Positions 11,567-23,121 of a stretch of 45,468 bases of DNA are shown in pieces. The DNA is from Toensbergia leucococca (Eukaryota), in the NCBI GenBank assembly GCA_022813965.1, contig JALDZS010000185.1, forward strand, positions 1-45,468. The letters are read 5' to 3'. The notes below the pieces were generated by a model. The model worked only from the letters and a program-made list of their open reading frames with translations, had not been told where the DNA came from and did not search any database. A program made the position numbers and the translations under genes. Each line of letters begins with the position of its first letter. Within the stretch, counting starts at the first letter, position 1.

Positions 11567-13001
11567 TCAGGCCAATGCGATGTCATGATCCTTACTCTCG
11601 AGTCTCTCCCTACGTTCCTTCATCACTTGCCGAATCTCAAAACCTACCTCTACTGCAATTAATGCAATGATTGTCCACTCCAAATGAAGACCATGCTTCT
11701 CACTCAGCTGCGCCCGAAGCACGCTAGCTATTTCTTGTGCATAATCCATCTTTTCGTTGAGTACCTTGATACGAATTCCAATGTCAAGTGCTCGACCAAC
11801 TTGGTCATAGTATCCTTCTAGTCCAAGTTCATATCGACTGTCCCAGAAAAGGTCAGGCAAGGAATCAGTCAGTTCGGAATATAGATTGAGCTGCGCTCTA
11901 ACACTCAAGAGTTGGCCAGTTTTCTGTAGTATTTGCGATCGAGTAAAGCGTAAACGGCCTCCACGAGACAACATGGTTGGTATGGATCTAGTAGACTCAA
12001 AGTAGTCTCCTAAAAGGCTTTCTAGAACTGCAAGCTTTGTCGAACGGGCCAGACCAGACGAATATGCAATTTTGGTGAGTATCGTGTCGATATGGCCGCT
12101 ACACTCGATACCTGCCGTTCCAAGAGCCTCAAATTCCGGTAATCTGTCTCCGCCCGGGGAGTCGGAGACCTCGCCATGTAGCTCCGGAGCTTGTCTTCTA
12201 GTCCCAAGTATTATTGTGTCGCCTTTTATACTACTGTTCTCTTTCTTCGGATCTTCCAAGTATTCCATATCCTCTTCTTCAAATTTCTTGAGGTGCGAGT
12301 AGTAATTTTGCGCCGCAGGCAGGAGTGTTTCTGACACAAGGGACAATAGCGTACTTTCTGGAACCGACCATGCAACTAGAGTACCAGAAGGAAAAACAAA
12401 GACATCCCCGGCGTCTTGGGCGACATCATTACCGATTGAGCTAGGAAAAGCCTCTATATGAATAACCTGTGGGTATAACCCTGTATTGTAGGGATCTATC
12501 CGGTAGCCATGACCTCGTAGAATGCGAGCGACGTGGGGTATATCATATTGTTCTGCAACGCAGTACGCTGTCACAGTCTATTACTCCGTAACATGTCAGC
12601 GTTATCCCAGACAATGCAAAGTTTCACACATTTACCTTGGTAGCAGGCTGATGTTCAGGAGACGACTTCTTTGGCAGCAACCCATCCCTAGACCTTTGCG
12701 CCTCAACTGCAACCCTACGCAGCGAAGTTTTTGCTGCAGGCGACCTTGTGGTTTTTCGCCTCTGTTCTTGCGGAGGATTCTGGCTTTCAGACTCGCGTGG
12801 CTGGCCTTGCAGGGTAGAATTCGATGCAAAGAATGCACGCCTTGGGGAAGACAGCGGGTTGCCGAAGTGGAAACTCCGACTTCTCGTCCTTTGGATAGAG
12901 CTTGATGTATTTAGAATAAGAGATAGAGAGCTGTATGGTCGTAAGAGTTTTGATTTTTGGACTCTGAATATGCTGTTATAAAGGCTGTGATGGCAAATCA
13001 T
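11567..13001 (-). CDS. DUF155 family protein, RMND1/Mrx10-like, probably mitochondrial; exons 13001-12636 and 12577-11567
   Basis: TAYCVAEQY, DVFVFPSGTLVAW, KIAYSSGLARSTKL, LNLYSELTDSLPDLFW, RIKVLNEKMDY, LEWTIIALIAVEV. Arg/Ser-rich N-terminus. The start codon could alternatively be 13007. Confidence 0.9.
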
Positions 13002-13294
13002 GACCATAATCCATGTCAAGACAACCAAGTGGTAATAAGGAACATTTCAACACGTAGATCTCTCAATCTGTGCTGTATGATCCCTATATAATCGTCAGTA
13101 AGTCAAGGTATCGTACCAATGTAAATACCAAAACGACTTAGAGCTTAGAGGATCCAAAACACTCGGCTATTCTCCTCGTCTGTTCGTGATTCGAACGATT
13201 ATGTAAGGAATTATGGCTAACGATCATTGATCGTCGGCACCTACAAGCTTGAAGGTTTCACATTCAAGCTATCTACACTGTTAGTCTTCTCCTC

Positions 13295-16200
13295 ATGGCG
13301 ACGGGGGCAGAAGGGACGAAGCAGAAAGATGGCATGGATGACAAGTTGCAGAATGGCGCCAGTCATGGCAGAATTGAGCGCGAGAGTGAAGAGGAAGAGG
13401 AAGAGGATGAAGAAGACGAAGAGGATGAAGAGCCGCGGCTCAAGTATGCATCGTTGACCAGGAACTTGGGATCGGTATATCGCAATGGAGATGCTACCAG
13501 TGCTTTCTTGGTGGCTGGTGACAAAATGGTAAAGTTGTCCCTCAGGAAGTTATTGAGCACACTTACAAGTGCAATGCTGAAAGTCTATTAGATCATTGGA
13601 ACCCACAATGGAAATATAGTGAGTTACTATCGTTGCTCATGGATAGACACATCGCCATACTCATGGCAAGATAGCATGTTCTATCCCTACCTTCATTTCA
13701 ATCTCTTCGAATCTACCACGCCCATTCTGCATCCATCACAGCTGTGTCGATATCCCCGTTTCCGCCCCCCGTAGCGCCTGGAAAAGTGGACGCTGTGAAT
13801 AGAATTACATCTGAACACAAAGCTTCCCCTGCGCAATCATTGACAAGCACTGCAACCTCGCCTTCACTGAAAAGTCCGAGGCAAATACCGGTGCCAGCTA
13901 CTCCGTCGAATTCGATCTATATTGCCACATCTTCTATAGATGGCAACGTTTGCGTTGCGTCTCTGGTAGATCCGAAGGATGTGTTACTACGGAATTTTGG
14001 GCGCCCCGTTCAGACTGTAGCATTGTCCTCGGACTACAAAAATGATCGGTCCTACCTCTCTGGAGGTCTGGCAGGAAATCTGATTCTCACAGTTGGTGGA
14101 AGATCGGGAACAAGCTCGACGTCTAATACTACTGGTGGAGCAGCAGCGTCAGCTTCTGGGTGGCTTGGTACGATTGGGTTAGGTTCAAATACGGGAAAAG
14201 ACACAGTGTTGCATTCCGGAGAAGGGGCTATAAGTTCGATTAAGTGGTCGTTGACTGGTAAATATGTAATATGGGTTAATGAACAAGGCATTAAGATCAT
14301 GCGATCGAACCTACACCTCGACGCAGCAGAAGCCGATTTTTCATGGAAACGGATTGGTCATGTTGATCGACCCAATCGTCCCGGATGGGAGGAGATGGCA
14401 GGGGTATGGAAAGGGCGAATTGAATGGATTGATGAAGCTGGTCTAGAATCCGATGATCTCGGGGCCCCAATGGCCAACGGCCCCCCTGAAAAGACTATTG
14501 TGGAGACGGGGGGCGATCTAGATCGCCAAATTAATCAGACCGGCCCGAATGAGAATCGCCTGGAGAAGGTGGTAGTAGGGTGGGGAGGTACAATATGGGT
14601 TATTGATGTATACCCCGGAGGATCCGGGACAGGTAAAGAAGTCGGAGAACGGAGAATTGGTCGTGTGGACGTCGTGACGATGTAAGGGCTGCTATGATAA
14701 AAATTGACCATGGCTAACTTACGTCAGTTTACGAACTGATTGTATAGTATCTGGAATTTCGCTTTATACCCCGAATCTGCTTCTCGTACTTGCATATGTT
14801 ATTCCGGAAGAGACTAATGACGAAGGGGCACAATCGGCCTCAGGTACTCCAAAAAAGGGGTTCCATCGGCGGCAGAACGCGCATCAGCCCGAGATGAGGA
14901 TTATCGATATCACGACCCAAGAAGAAGTTTGCGTTGCTGACACGTTAAACGTTAGCCGCTTCGAGAGTTTATCCGCCACGGACTATCATTTAGGTGTTCT
15001 GCCATTGACTCGCTCAACTACTAAGATTGCAGCTCCGCGGGGGGCACTTGAAGCGATTGGTGGAGGAATATGGGATGCCACCATGTATCCTACACGAGCC
15101 ATTGGAGGCGGCATATGGGATGCAACCATGTATTCCACCCGCCTGTTCATCTCTGCCCCCAGTGTTCGCAGCGCAGGTAGCCAAAGTGAAACAGCTTCAA
15201 GCAGCAAAGCCCCGAGTGGAATTGAATCTACCAATGGCCTTCCCAATTCGCAGTCACGTCAAGTATCTCATCTTGCCACATTAACCCAAGGGATGAAGAT
15301 TTTTATTCAGAGCCCTTATGACTGTGTTCTTGCCACGAAGCCCAGCATTGCTGATCACCTCGCTTGGTTGGATGGTCATGCATTCTTTGAAGAAGCGTGG
15401 AACTTGCTGGATCGATATCCAGAAGCAGTACGTGGGATCCCTGATAGCGGTGATGGTAGCTCTCCAAGTACGCCCACCAAGGTCCAAGGTAGCCTGGTCG
15501 ACTTCTTCGCCGATGACAGTTCACAGTCCGCGACGTTGTCAAACAAAAATTTCAATTCCCAAGCGGAGAAAGAGAAACGTCGCATAGGCGAAGAGTGGGT
15601 GCAACAGCTAGTATCAGCCAAAGACTGGAGTAAGGCTGGACGAATATGTGGCCAGGTGCTTAGCACTTCTTCGAGTTGGGAGCATTGGGTCTGGGTCTTT
15701 GCTGATGCAGAGAAATTTGAGGAAGTTACTCCTTTCATACCTACCATTCAGCTTCAACCGCCATTGCCTTCTGTTGTCTATGAGATTGTGCTCGGCCATT
15801 ACGCTTCCGTCGATCGTTTGCGACTTAGCCAACTACTCGATCGATGGCCTCCCGATCTCTACGATATCGGCAGTATTATTGCAATCATTCAAGCAAAGCT
15901 CAAGAATGGTGACGTGCGAGAAGATTCGATCGAAGGGGGCGAAAAAGGTAGAGATTGGCGTATCCTAACGGAAGGTCTAGCCAAGCTGTACCTTGCAGAT
16001 GGCCGGCCGCGGGAAGCATTGCGTTGCTATATCCGCCTCAAAGACGCTGACACGGCAATGAGTCTCCTGACAGAGTATCATCTGGTTAGCGCTATATCGG
16101 ACGACATCTCCGGCCTTATTCTCCTCCGAGTATCAAAAGAGCAGCAGAAATCCGCTCCACTTTCCGAACTCGAAGAAGCCACATCAGAAGCCATTAGACT

Positions 16201-17411
16201 TCTTGTCGACGAAGCCCACCAAGGTATCGTCAGGCCTGAAACAGTAATTTCACAACTCGAACGCCGCAAAGACATGCGCCCCTACCTCTTCTTCTACTTC
16301 CGCGCGCTCTGGAACGGCGACACAAGCACCTCCCCAATAAATGACGCCAACTCCACCACCCACCTTGCAGCCACCGAAGGCAAATCTCTCGTTTCCGACT
16401 TCGCCGACACAGCCGTCTCACTATTCGCCACCTACGATAGGTCTCTCCTCCTTATCTTCCTCAAATCCTCTCAATCCTACAACCTAGCCACTGCCTCCCA
16501 AATCTGCGAACGCGCAAACTACATTCCCGAACTCGTCTACCTCCTCTCCAAAGAAGGCCGGCTAGCAAGGGCCCTCTCCCTAATCATCGAACAACTCGGC
16601 GACGTCTCCCAAGCCATCGCCTTCGCCAAATCCCAAAACGACCCTGAACTCTGGGACGATCTCCTCGAATATTCAATGAACAAACCGCACTTCATACGCG
16701 GCCTGCTCGAAGAAGTCGGCACGGCCATCGACCCCATCAAACTCGTGCGCCGCATCCCCGCGACCCTAGAAATCCAAGGCCTAAAACAGGGCCTCAGCCG
16801 CATGATCAAAGAATACGAAATCCAAGCCAGTATCAGCGAAGGCGTCGCCCGCGTCCTGAGAGGCGAGGTGGCCATCGCAATGGCTACCCGCAGCGCCGGC
16901 CAGAACCGCGGCGTCAGAGTCGACGTCCCGAAACAAGCCCAGCGACCGGCTTCCAGCGACGCGAACCAACACCACCCCAGCTCCCCGCAAGCAGTCCACC
17001 CACCGCTCAAAACCCCGAAGATAAAACCAGGCCACTGCCCCATCTGCGGCCTCCCTTTCTCCGAAGCAGGTAAGCCCTCCCCAATTCCTGATTTTCCATC
17101 CCACCCGAAAAAGAAACCCCCAATCTGACCCCCACACCAAAGAACCAAACCCCCTAATCGCCTTCCCCTGTACCCACATCTTCCACCTCGCCTGCCTACC
17201 CAACCCCTCCTCCTCCTCCCCCTCCAACCTTCCGACCTCCGACCCCCAAAACCCATCCTTCTCCTCTTACAACAACAACAACAACAACAACACCAACGAT
17301 AACAGTAACTACCCAGACCGCAGCGTCGGCGCCAAGGTGACGCATGTGCGCTTGCTGCGGGAGAGGGTGGGTGTGGGCGGGTGTCCGTTGGCGGAGTTGC
17401 ATGTGGGGTGA
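13295..17411 (+). CDS. VPS41: HOPS complex subunit Vps41; exons 13295-13528, 13592-13618, 13675-14681, 14728-17069, 17143-17411
   Basis: Acidic N-terminus followed by EEEPRLKY, IIGTHNGNI, LHSGEGAISSIKW (beta-propeller), clathrin-repeat region (AIAFAKSQNDPELWDDLLEYSMNKPHFIRGLL) and a C-terminal RING-like CPICG...FPCTHIFHLACL. Confidence 0.95.
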
Positions 17412-17464
17412 TTTCGGCTTTTTTTCTTTTTTTGGCATGGGTAGAAGAAGGGGCGCTGGCGGGG

Positions 17465-17466
<2 letters not shown>

Positions 17467-17527
<61 letters not shown>
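17467..17527. repeat. Poly-G homopolymer of about 61 nt
   Basis: Read directly from the sequence, about 55 nt downstream of the VPS41 stop. Confidence 0.9.
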
Positions 17528-17530
<3 letters not shown>

Positions 17531-18170
17531 GAGTTTGTGGAAGGTTTTGTGGGCGTTGGCGGAAAAGTGTGTAAGATCCGGTTTTTTTTTTGTCTCTGCG
17601 TTGCTGTCCTCCATTCATGTCGCTGCATACACGACACGGAGTTTCCCCAAGGCGCGCGCATGGGTCGTTCATGAGGAATAGGCATCTTACTGCGGTTGTG
17701 GATCTATAAGTACTCGTACCTAACGCCGCAGCTGAAAGGGGACATGAAATGGGGCGGTGGAGCTGGTCCTCTGTACATACCATGGCATGCGCACGCCATT
17801 GCCAGTATACATGTTCATCCATACACTCAACATCACCACGAACCGGTTTTTACAAGAAAAGAAGCCTTGTAGAAAGACTTCTGACTCTCTAAACTAAGTG
17901 ACTTGGCAGATCGAGATGTCACGAGTCCTTTCTACCACAAATGAATACAACCTCCTTGAGTGTGAAAATTCGCGGCCATGCAAGGACCAACCTCCCCCGC
18001 CCCGTCATTAATGTCTTTGCATGCCATACCACTATGAATCAACACGACCACCATCTGTATCCCTCCACTTTTCCACCATCGGTATCCTCCACCCGTTCAT
18101 ATCCTACCTCTCGATGAAAGACTCGGAGCATGAATTACATACTGTTATGGCCTGCCACTCAGAGAGCGAC

Positions 18171-19246
18171 TCAGACCATGAGCAAAACGTTACCAGTCAC
18201 GACGACAAGTACAGCCGCAAACAGCCCTTCGTACTTGTGACCTTGTGCGGCGTTACTAGTAGGAGCAGCAGTGCTTGTTCCGGAAAGGAGAGTCGAAGCT
18301 TTGCTTGTAGTCTTGGAAGTTGTGCCGGAAACTATGCTAGAAGTTGCCGAGGAAAGGCTGGAAGCTTCTGAAGATAGACTGGAAGATGCTGCTGAGCCAC
18401 TAGCGCCTTGAGATGTTGCCGATGCAGCTTCAGAGCCTGCAGAAGTCGATGCTCCTGACGCTCCAGGGCCTCCATTGGAGGGCAATATCGGGGATAGTGT
18501 CGTAATGTTTCCAAACGTTGACGCTGGCGTGATAGTAATGGGAGGACCAGTGCCACTTGGAGTTATAACAGTTGGCAAGGCAGGATAGACGGTGATAGGA
18601 GACCCGGTACCCCCTGGAGTGATGACTGTTGGTACCTCAGGGCAAGCCTCGGGGTACGATGTGACGGTAACAGTGACAGTACTTGGACCGGGTGCTACTT
18701 ATTCAAGTAAGCTCAAGCTAATATCAAAAAGGTTGGAGGGAAAAGTACTGACCATCACGAGCAGATATGCCGAATCCTTGGTCAAGCCAGCCTTCATAAT
18801 CTTGACGTGGCTTCAGTGTACCTGGACCAGAGATGTTAGTATCCCTTCGAGGCACGAGTACAATGGCGTGTCTCACCTCCAACTTGGTCACGTGGTTGGT
18901 GGTTGACACTACGTCCGACTTGGGCGGGACCTAATCAGCATTGTCAGCTCGAGCACTAGAGAAAGGCATCTGGCAAAACGAGATGGCAGGTGAGAAAACA
19001 TAGCCAACATACATCCCACCAAGGATGGATTAGGTCAATGTTGTGTGACATTATCGATACCTTGCACGCCGACAAGGTTATGCAAGGTAATGTCCCGAGT
19101 ATATATTGCTATCCTCGAGAGGATACAATAACTCGAACAGGACGGAGAGCATTGACCAAAGCAAAGATTAACTTACCAAACACAGCGGCATTGGAGAAGC
19201 AAACGACGCTCACCAATGTCACCAAGGCGATTTTGAAGTAAAGCAT
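18171..19246 (-). CDS. Secreted Ser/Thr-rich, probably GPI-anchored cell-surface protein with short 5' exons
   Basis: Signal peptide MLYFKIALVTLVSVVCFSNA, then phase-1 introns linking short exons (GPAQVGRSVNHQPRDQVG / GTLKPRQDYEGWLDQGFGISARD). Two PTVITP.GTG.PIT repeats, an S/T-rich stalk and a C-terminal SNAA...GLFAAVLVVVTGNVLLMV* GPI-like signal. Confidence 0.8.
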
Positions 19247-20040
19247 CTTGTTGGATTAAGATGGTAGATGTATGTGATGCTTTAGAAGATAGTAAAAAGC
19301 TATCGGTGCTACAGATGCAAGAAAGGGTGGAATGGGGATGCTGAAGTGGTGTGCGTTGTGAACAAGAAGTGGGGTGTTGTGGAAGAAGAAGCAGAAGAAG
19401 AAGAAGAGGATGAAAAGGAAAAGGCCCAGAAGTGAAGACTGATAAACACGCTAGTGCACCTTTCCGGCATCGAGGGGATCGGCAGGTACCATCTCTACCG
19501 TATGTGTCTATGTGCTACACGAGCCTACGAGATCCAAAGCATTGCAAGTCGCGTTTTCCGTCGTAGAATGGCAGAGCTGAGAGAAGGTTGCTTGTATTAC
19601 GCTCTTCTCTTCAAGATGGTGGTCCAAGATATGAGTCTCTGCCTACCATGCTCCCAAGCTTGCTCTTGGTCCACCTACAGTTACACTAAGGATGCTCTCG
19701 CGTTTGCTTCAGCGTCTACATATACAGCTTGTAGACGGCACAGAACTTCCTCGGAGTATTCTTGTAGACGTCCATGTGTGATTGGTGAGGCGCCCTACTC
19801 CTGTGAGAGTAGGGCTAGTTCTTGCCGTTTCAACCTCTGTTTTGTATACAGCTTCGGTAGAGAAAGACTGTCTACCTTCCTACCTTATTCCTTCCTCACA
19901 GCCTCGTATCATCAACCACCTCTTTCGTTATCACCCTCTCTTTTGGTCTTCGACTCCACCATCTACCTTCAATTTTGTAATCTGTCAACTGCCTCATCTA
20001 CTTGCCGGACTTCGCTCTACCTGTTGCAAATTCTTCGATA

Positions 20041-21736
20041 ATGTACGTCGTGAAGTTTTTGCTGCTCGCGGCTTGGGCCTATCTAGGCACGATTGTTTGT
20101 GCTTCACCTGGAGGTACATGTCACCTTCTACCTTGTGCAAACTAGATTCTGCATCTCCAAAACCTGACCCTTGCTAATAGTAGCAGACGACATCCTCCGT
20201 CGTGAAGCAGACTATGGTAAGGCAATTGATTCTTCTGCCTATTTGTGGGATTTCACGTCCAGCATGACGCACTTGTTTTGCCTTCTAGATCTAAGACAAT
20301 CCATCATCAGCCAAGCTAGGATTTCCCCTGGATGCCACCTTCATCTAGCTATTTTGGCAATCTGTCTTTTGCATTGGCTAATGCATGGTGTGCATCCAGG
20401 TTCCATCATTTCTTCTCTCGAAGTTAACGCTGCCTCCAGAGCATCAGAAATGATGGGTATCAGTGGTAGTCCAGCAGATATCGTTTCAGTTGTTCAAGCA
20501 GAGCTAGCCTCGATATTACCGGATGGCGCCGCCAGTAATGCAGAAGTCGCTGCGCTCGTTTCGTCGATTGAAGCCGGTCTGGCTGCCTTAGCGAGTGGTT
20601 CCACATTTGGCTTACCAGCTGCGTCTATTTCAGCGGTATCTAAACCGAGCTCTGCGATACAAACATCAAACAAGAATATGCCAACAACTACGATGCAAAT
20701 CACTCCGGCCAAGGACCAGACGATATCATCTACAAATGATGAGTTGTATGGGAACTCAGCTTCAGCTGCTGGCAATGTTCTACCCTTGCTGACTGCCACA
20801 TTTCCTACGACATCTACAACATCTCCTCCTCTGCCTGACAAGATCAACACAACTGCGACGTATGAACAAGTCTCGAAATCTGGTATGGTCCTACAAAACT
20901 CATCTTCGACAGTAAATTCCGAGTCATCCCCGAGCATTAACCCATATGGTGATGGTGTCCAGCTCACGAGCAAAGGAGTGGCAAAGCCTTTAGCTTCCAC
21001 TGTGACGGGGCTAGGATATTCTATCACACCTGCCATCTCGAATCTCTCAATCAAATACGAGCCTTCAGGCGCTTTTGGGTCCCTTCCAAATCTAGCCGTA
21101 GGCTCTGTGACTAGCGCGCCATACCACAGTATCACTCTCTCTATGATACCTGTTTATACACCAGAGCTACTTGGTAATGCTTACGGTGGCGGGTTTATCA
21201 TCACGCCCTCCATATATATCGCAGTGCCACCATATGTTACAGGGTCAACCAAGGGTATTCCTCCAGGGTATGGATCCTCACTCATATCTGGATCACCTGG
21301 GGCTCCTAGCTACGATTCTCTAAGTTTCGGTAATGAAATTAAAACGGAAGGCTCAGGCGGCTCTTCCACATTACTTGTTGGAGACTTCAATGGCACAACA
21401 CAGAAATTCTCTCTGTTACCCAGTACCATCAGTAACCCCATTGAGACCGAAACAATATTTTACCCGATACTACCAAGTGATCCTATACTTGGCGGATCAG
21501 ATATGACGGATGGAGTTGGGGACCCTGCCAATGCACCACCCGATCCTCCCATCGAGACAACTGCGGTATTGTATACGGCAACTGCGAGTAACGGTAGCCT
21601 GATGGTCTACTTTACTCCAACGCCGGTTCTAGAATACGAAGGCTCGGCCGGACAGCACGCTACAACACTGGCTGCGGTTTGTATATTGGGCGGTTGCGTT
21701 TTTATGCCGATAGTGTTGTTCATTTTGCTGCTGTGA
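20041..21736 (+). CDS. Secreted Ser/Thr/Pro-rich mucin-like protein with hydrophobic C-terminus (GPI or TM); exons 20041-20113, ~20181/4/7-20216, 20400-21736
   Basis: Signal peptide MYVVKFLLLAAWAYLGTIVCA, a micro-exon with ILRREADY (Kex2-like RR), a long S/T-rich body, and YEGSAG followed by LAAVCILGGCVFMPIVLFILLL*. Confidence 0.78.
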
Positions 21737-22139
21737 AACAGCTTAATCCGCGTTGGGAGCTAGGGAGGATACGGAGATTGCAGACTCACTGGTAATGTAG
21801 ATGGGTATGATTTGCTCGATGATTGCCGTCTACTAAAGATCATCTTTACGATCAACGCCTTTGTTGCTCTTTGCTGTCAGAATCAGGCTTATATAGACAG
21901 GCTCGTGTAACGTAGGTTGGTAGTTTAGTGATAAATTTACGCTGGCACTTTGCGACTCAAAGTCGCTATCAATACTTTCTAGGAAGTCTCTCTTGGGCTA
22001 TGAAACAACCTATGTATTGATTCTGACAGCAAGGAAGAAGAACAGTCCTCGCTTTCCAGTCTCAATTGCAAAAGGGCCTGTCAAGAATAAATGTCCAGGG
22101 TTGAAATAATGATTAGATTCCTGCGAAGCGTCTTGCAAG

Positions 22140-22860
22140 CTGCTTCAGAGATATCAAGTACCTGCTTCATTAAATCTAAATGGTTTAAACTGTACTAGAA
22201 AAATGAGCTTTGTTTATATAGAAGGGGGAATAAATAGTTCACAGTTTTGAAATTGAGAAAATTCTGAATGTGTACAGATTACTGTCTCTTACTCCTCAGA
22301 GTGAAGGGGGGGGGGGTTGGTGTGTGTGTTGAAAGAAGTCAGTGAAGTTATTGTCATTTAACTTCAATTCATAAGATTTAAATGATTTATAATTAATTAT
22401 GAGGTTAGTATCTGTTATGAAGTGTGTTTACTATAGATGATGAGTAGAATTTGATTTTCATAGAGTTTTGTGTGAGATGTTGGTGTTTTACTTTTTTTTT
22501 TTTTTAGGGATGGTTGAGGCTGAGGTTTTTGATAGAGGGAGGGATTAAGGGGGTTGATGGGTTTTTTTGAAGAGAGAGAGAGAGAGAGTAATGAGAGAGA
22601 GAGAGGTTTTTGTGAGTTCAGATTGATAAGGAGTTTTTTTTTGATGAATTTGAGGGATGTTTGAGGCTGCTTGTTTTGTGTTTATTGTTGTTGTAAATGT
22701 AGATTTACTTTAGCTTGTTTTTTGAAAAAAATTGCGTGGTGGATTTATGAGTATGAGTAGAAGGGTTAGAATAAATTCGCAGATGATGTTAAAGGGCTGG
22801 CAGGGTGACGGGTTCAAACATCATTTTCTCTTGATTATTTATCCTTCAGTGAGATGTCAA
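22140..22860. repeat. AT-rich, CpG-depleted low-complexity block with poly-T, poly-G and (GA)n runs; possible RIP-type decayed repeat
   Basis: Sharp drop in C content on the + strand, almost no CG dinucleotides, microsatellites near 22570-22605 and no ORF in the track. Confidence 0.55.
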
Positions 22861-23121
22861 CGTTTTTGTGATAGAGAATGTGACTAAGCTCTGGTGACCC
22901 GAATGAGTGCGAAATGACTGGGCCCCGAACTTCAGCATGACTGCGAAAGCCATCTGACATGTAGAGCACATCGAGGCAATTTCAAATAGTAGGTACGGAC
23001 TTTATCCCGCCGCAAAAGAAAAGAACGGGAAGCCCCCCCCCCCACCATAAGTAAACTTTTCAAGCGCCAAGTGAGCCCTTTCAAACCCCCACCTTACACT
23101 ACGGGTACGGCCAGCGAAACC

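Noticed and set aside
16537..17822. Poly-Pro and poly-Gly ORFs on both strands
   Set aside because: They arise from translating the poly-G tract and the antisense of the C-rich VPS41 3' end.
19454..20177. ORFs of 195 aa and 131 aa between the two surface-protein genes
   Set aside because: Non-ATG starts and no domain-like content. They occupy the shared promoter and 5' UTR.
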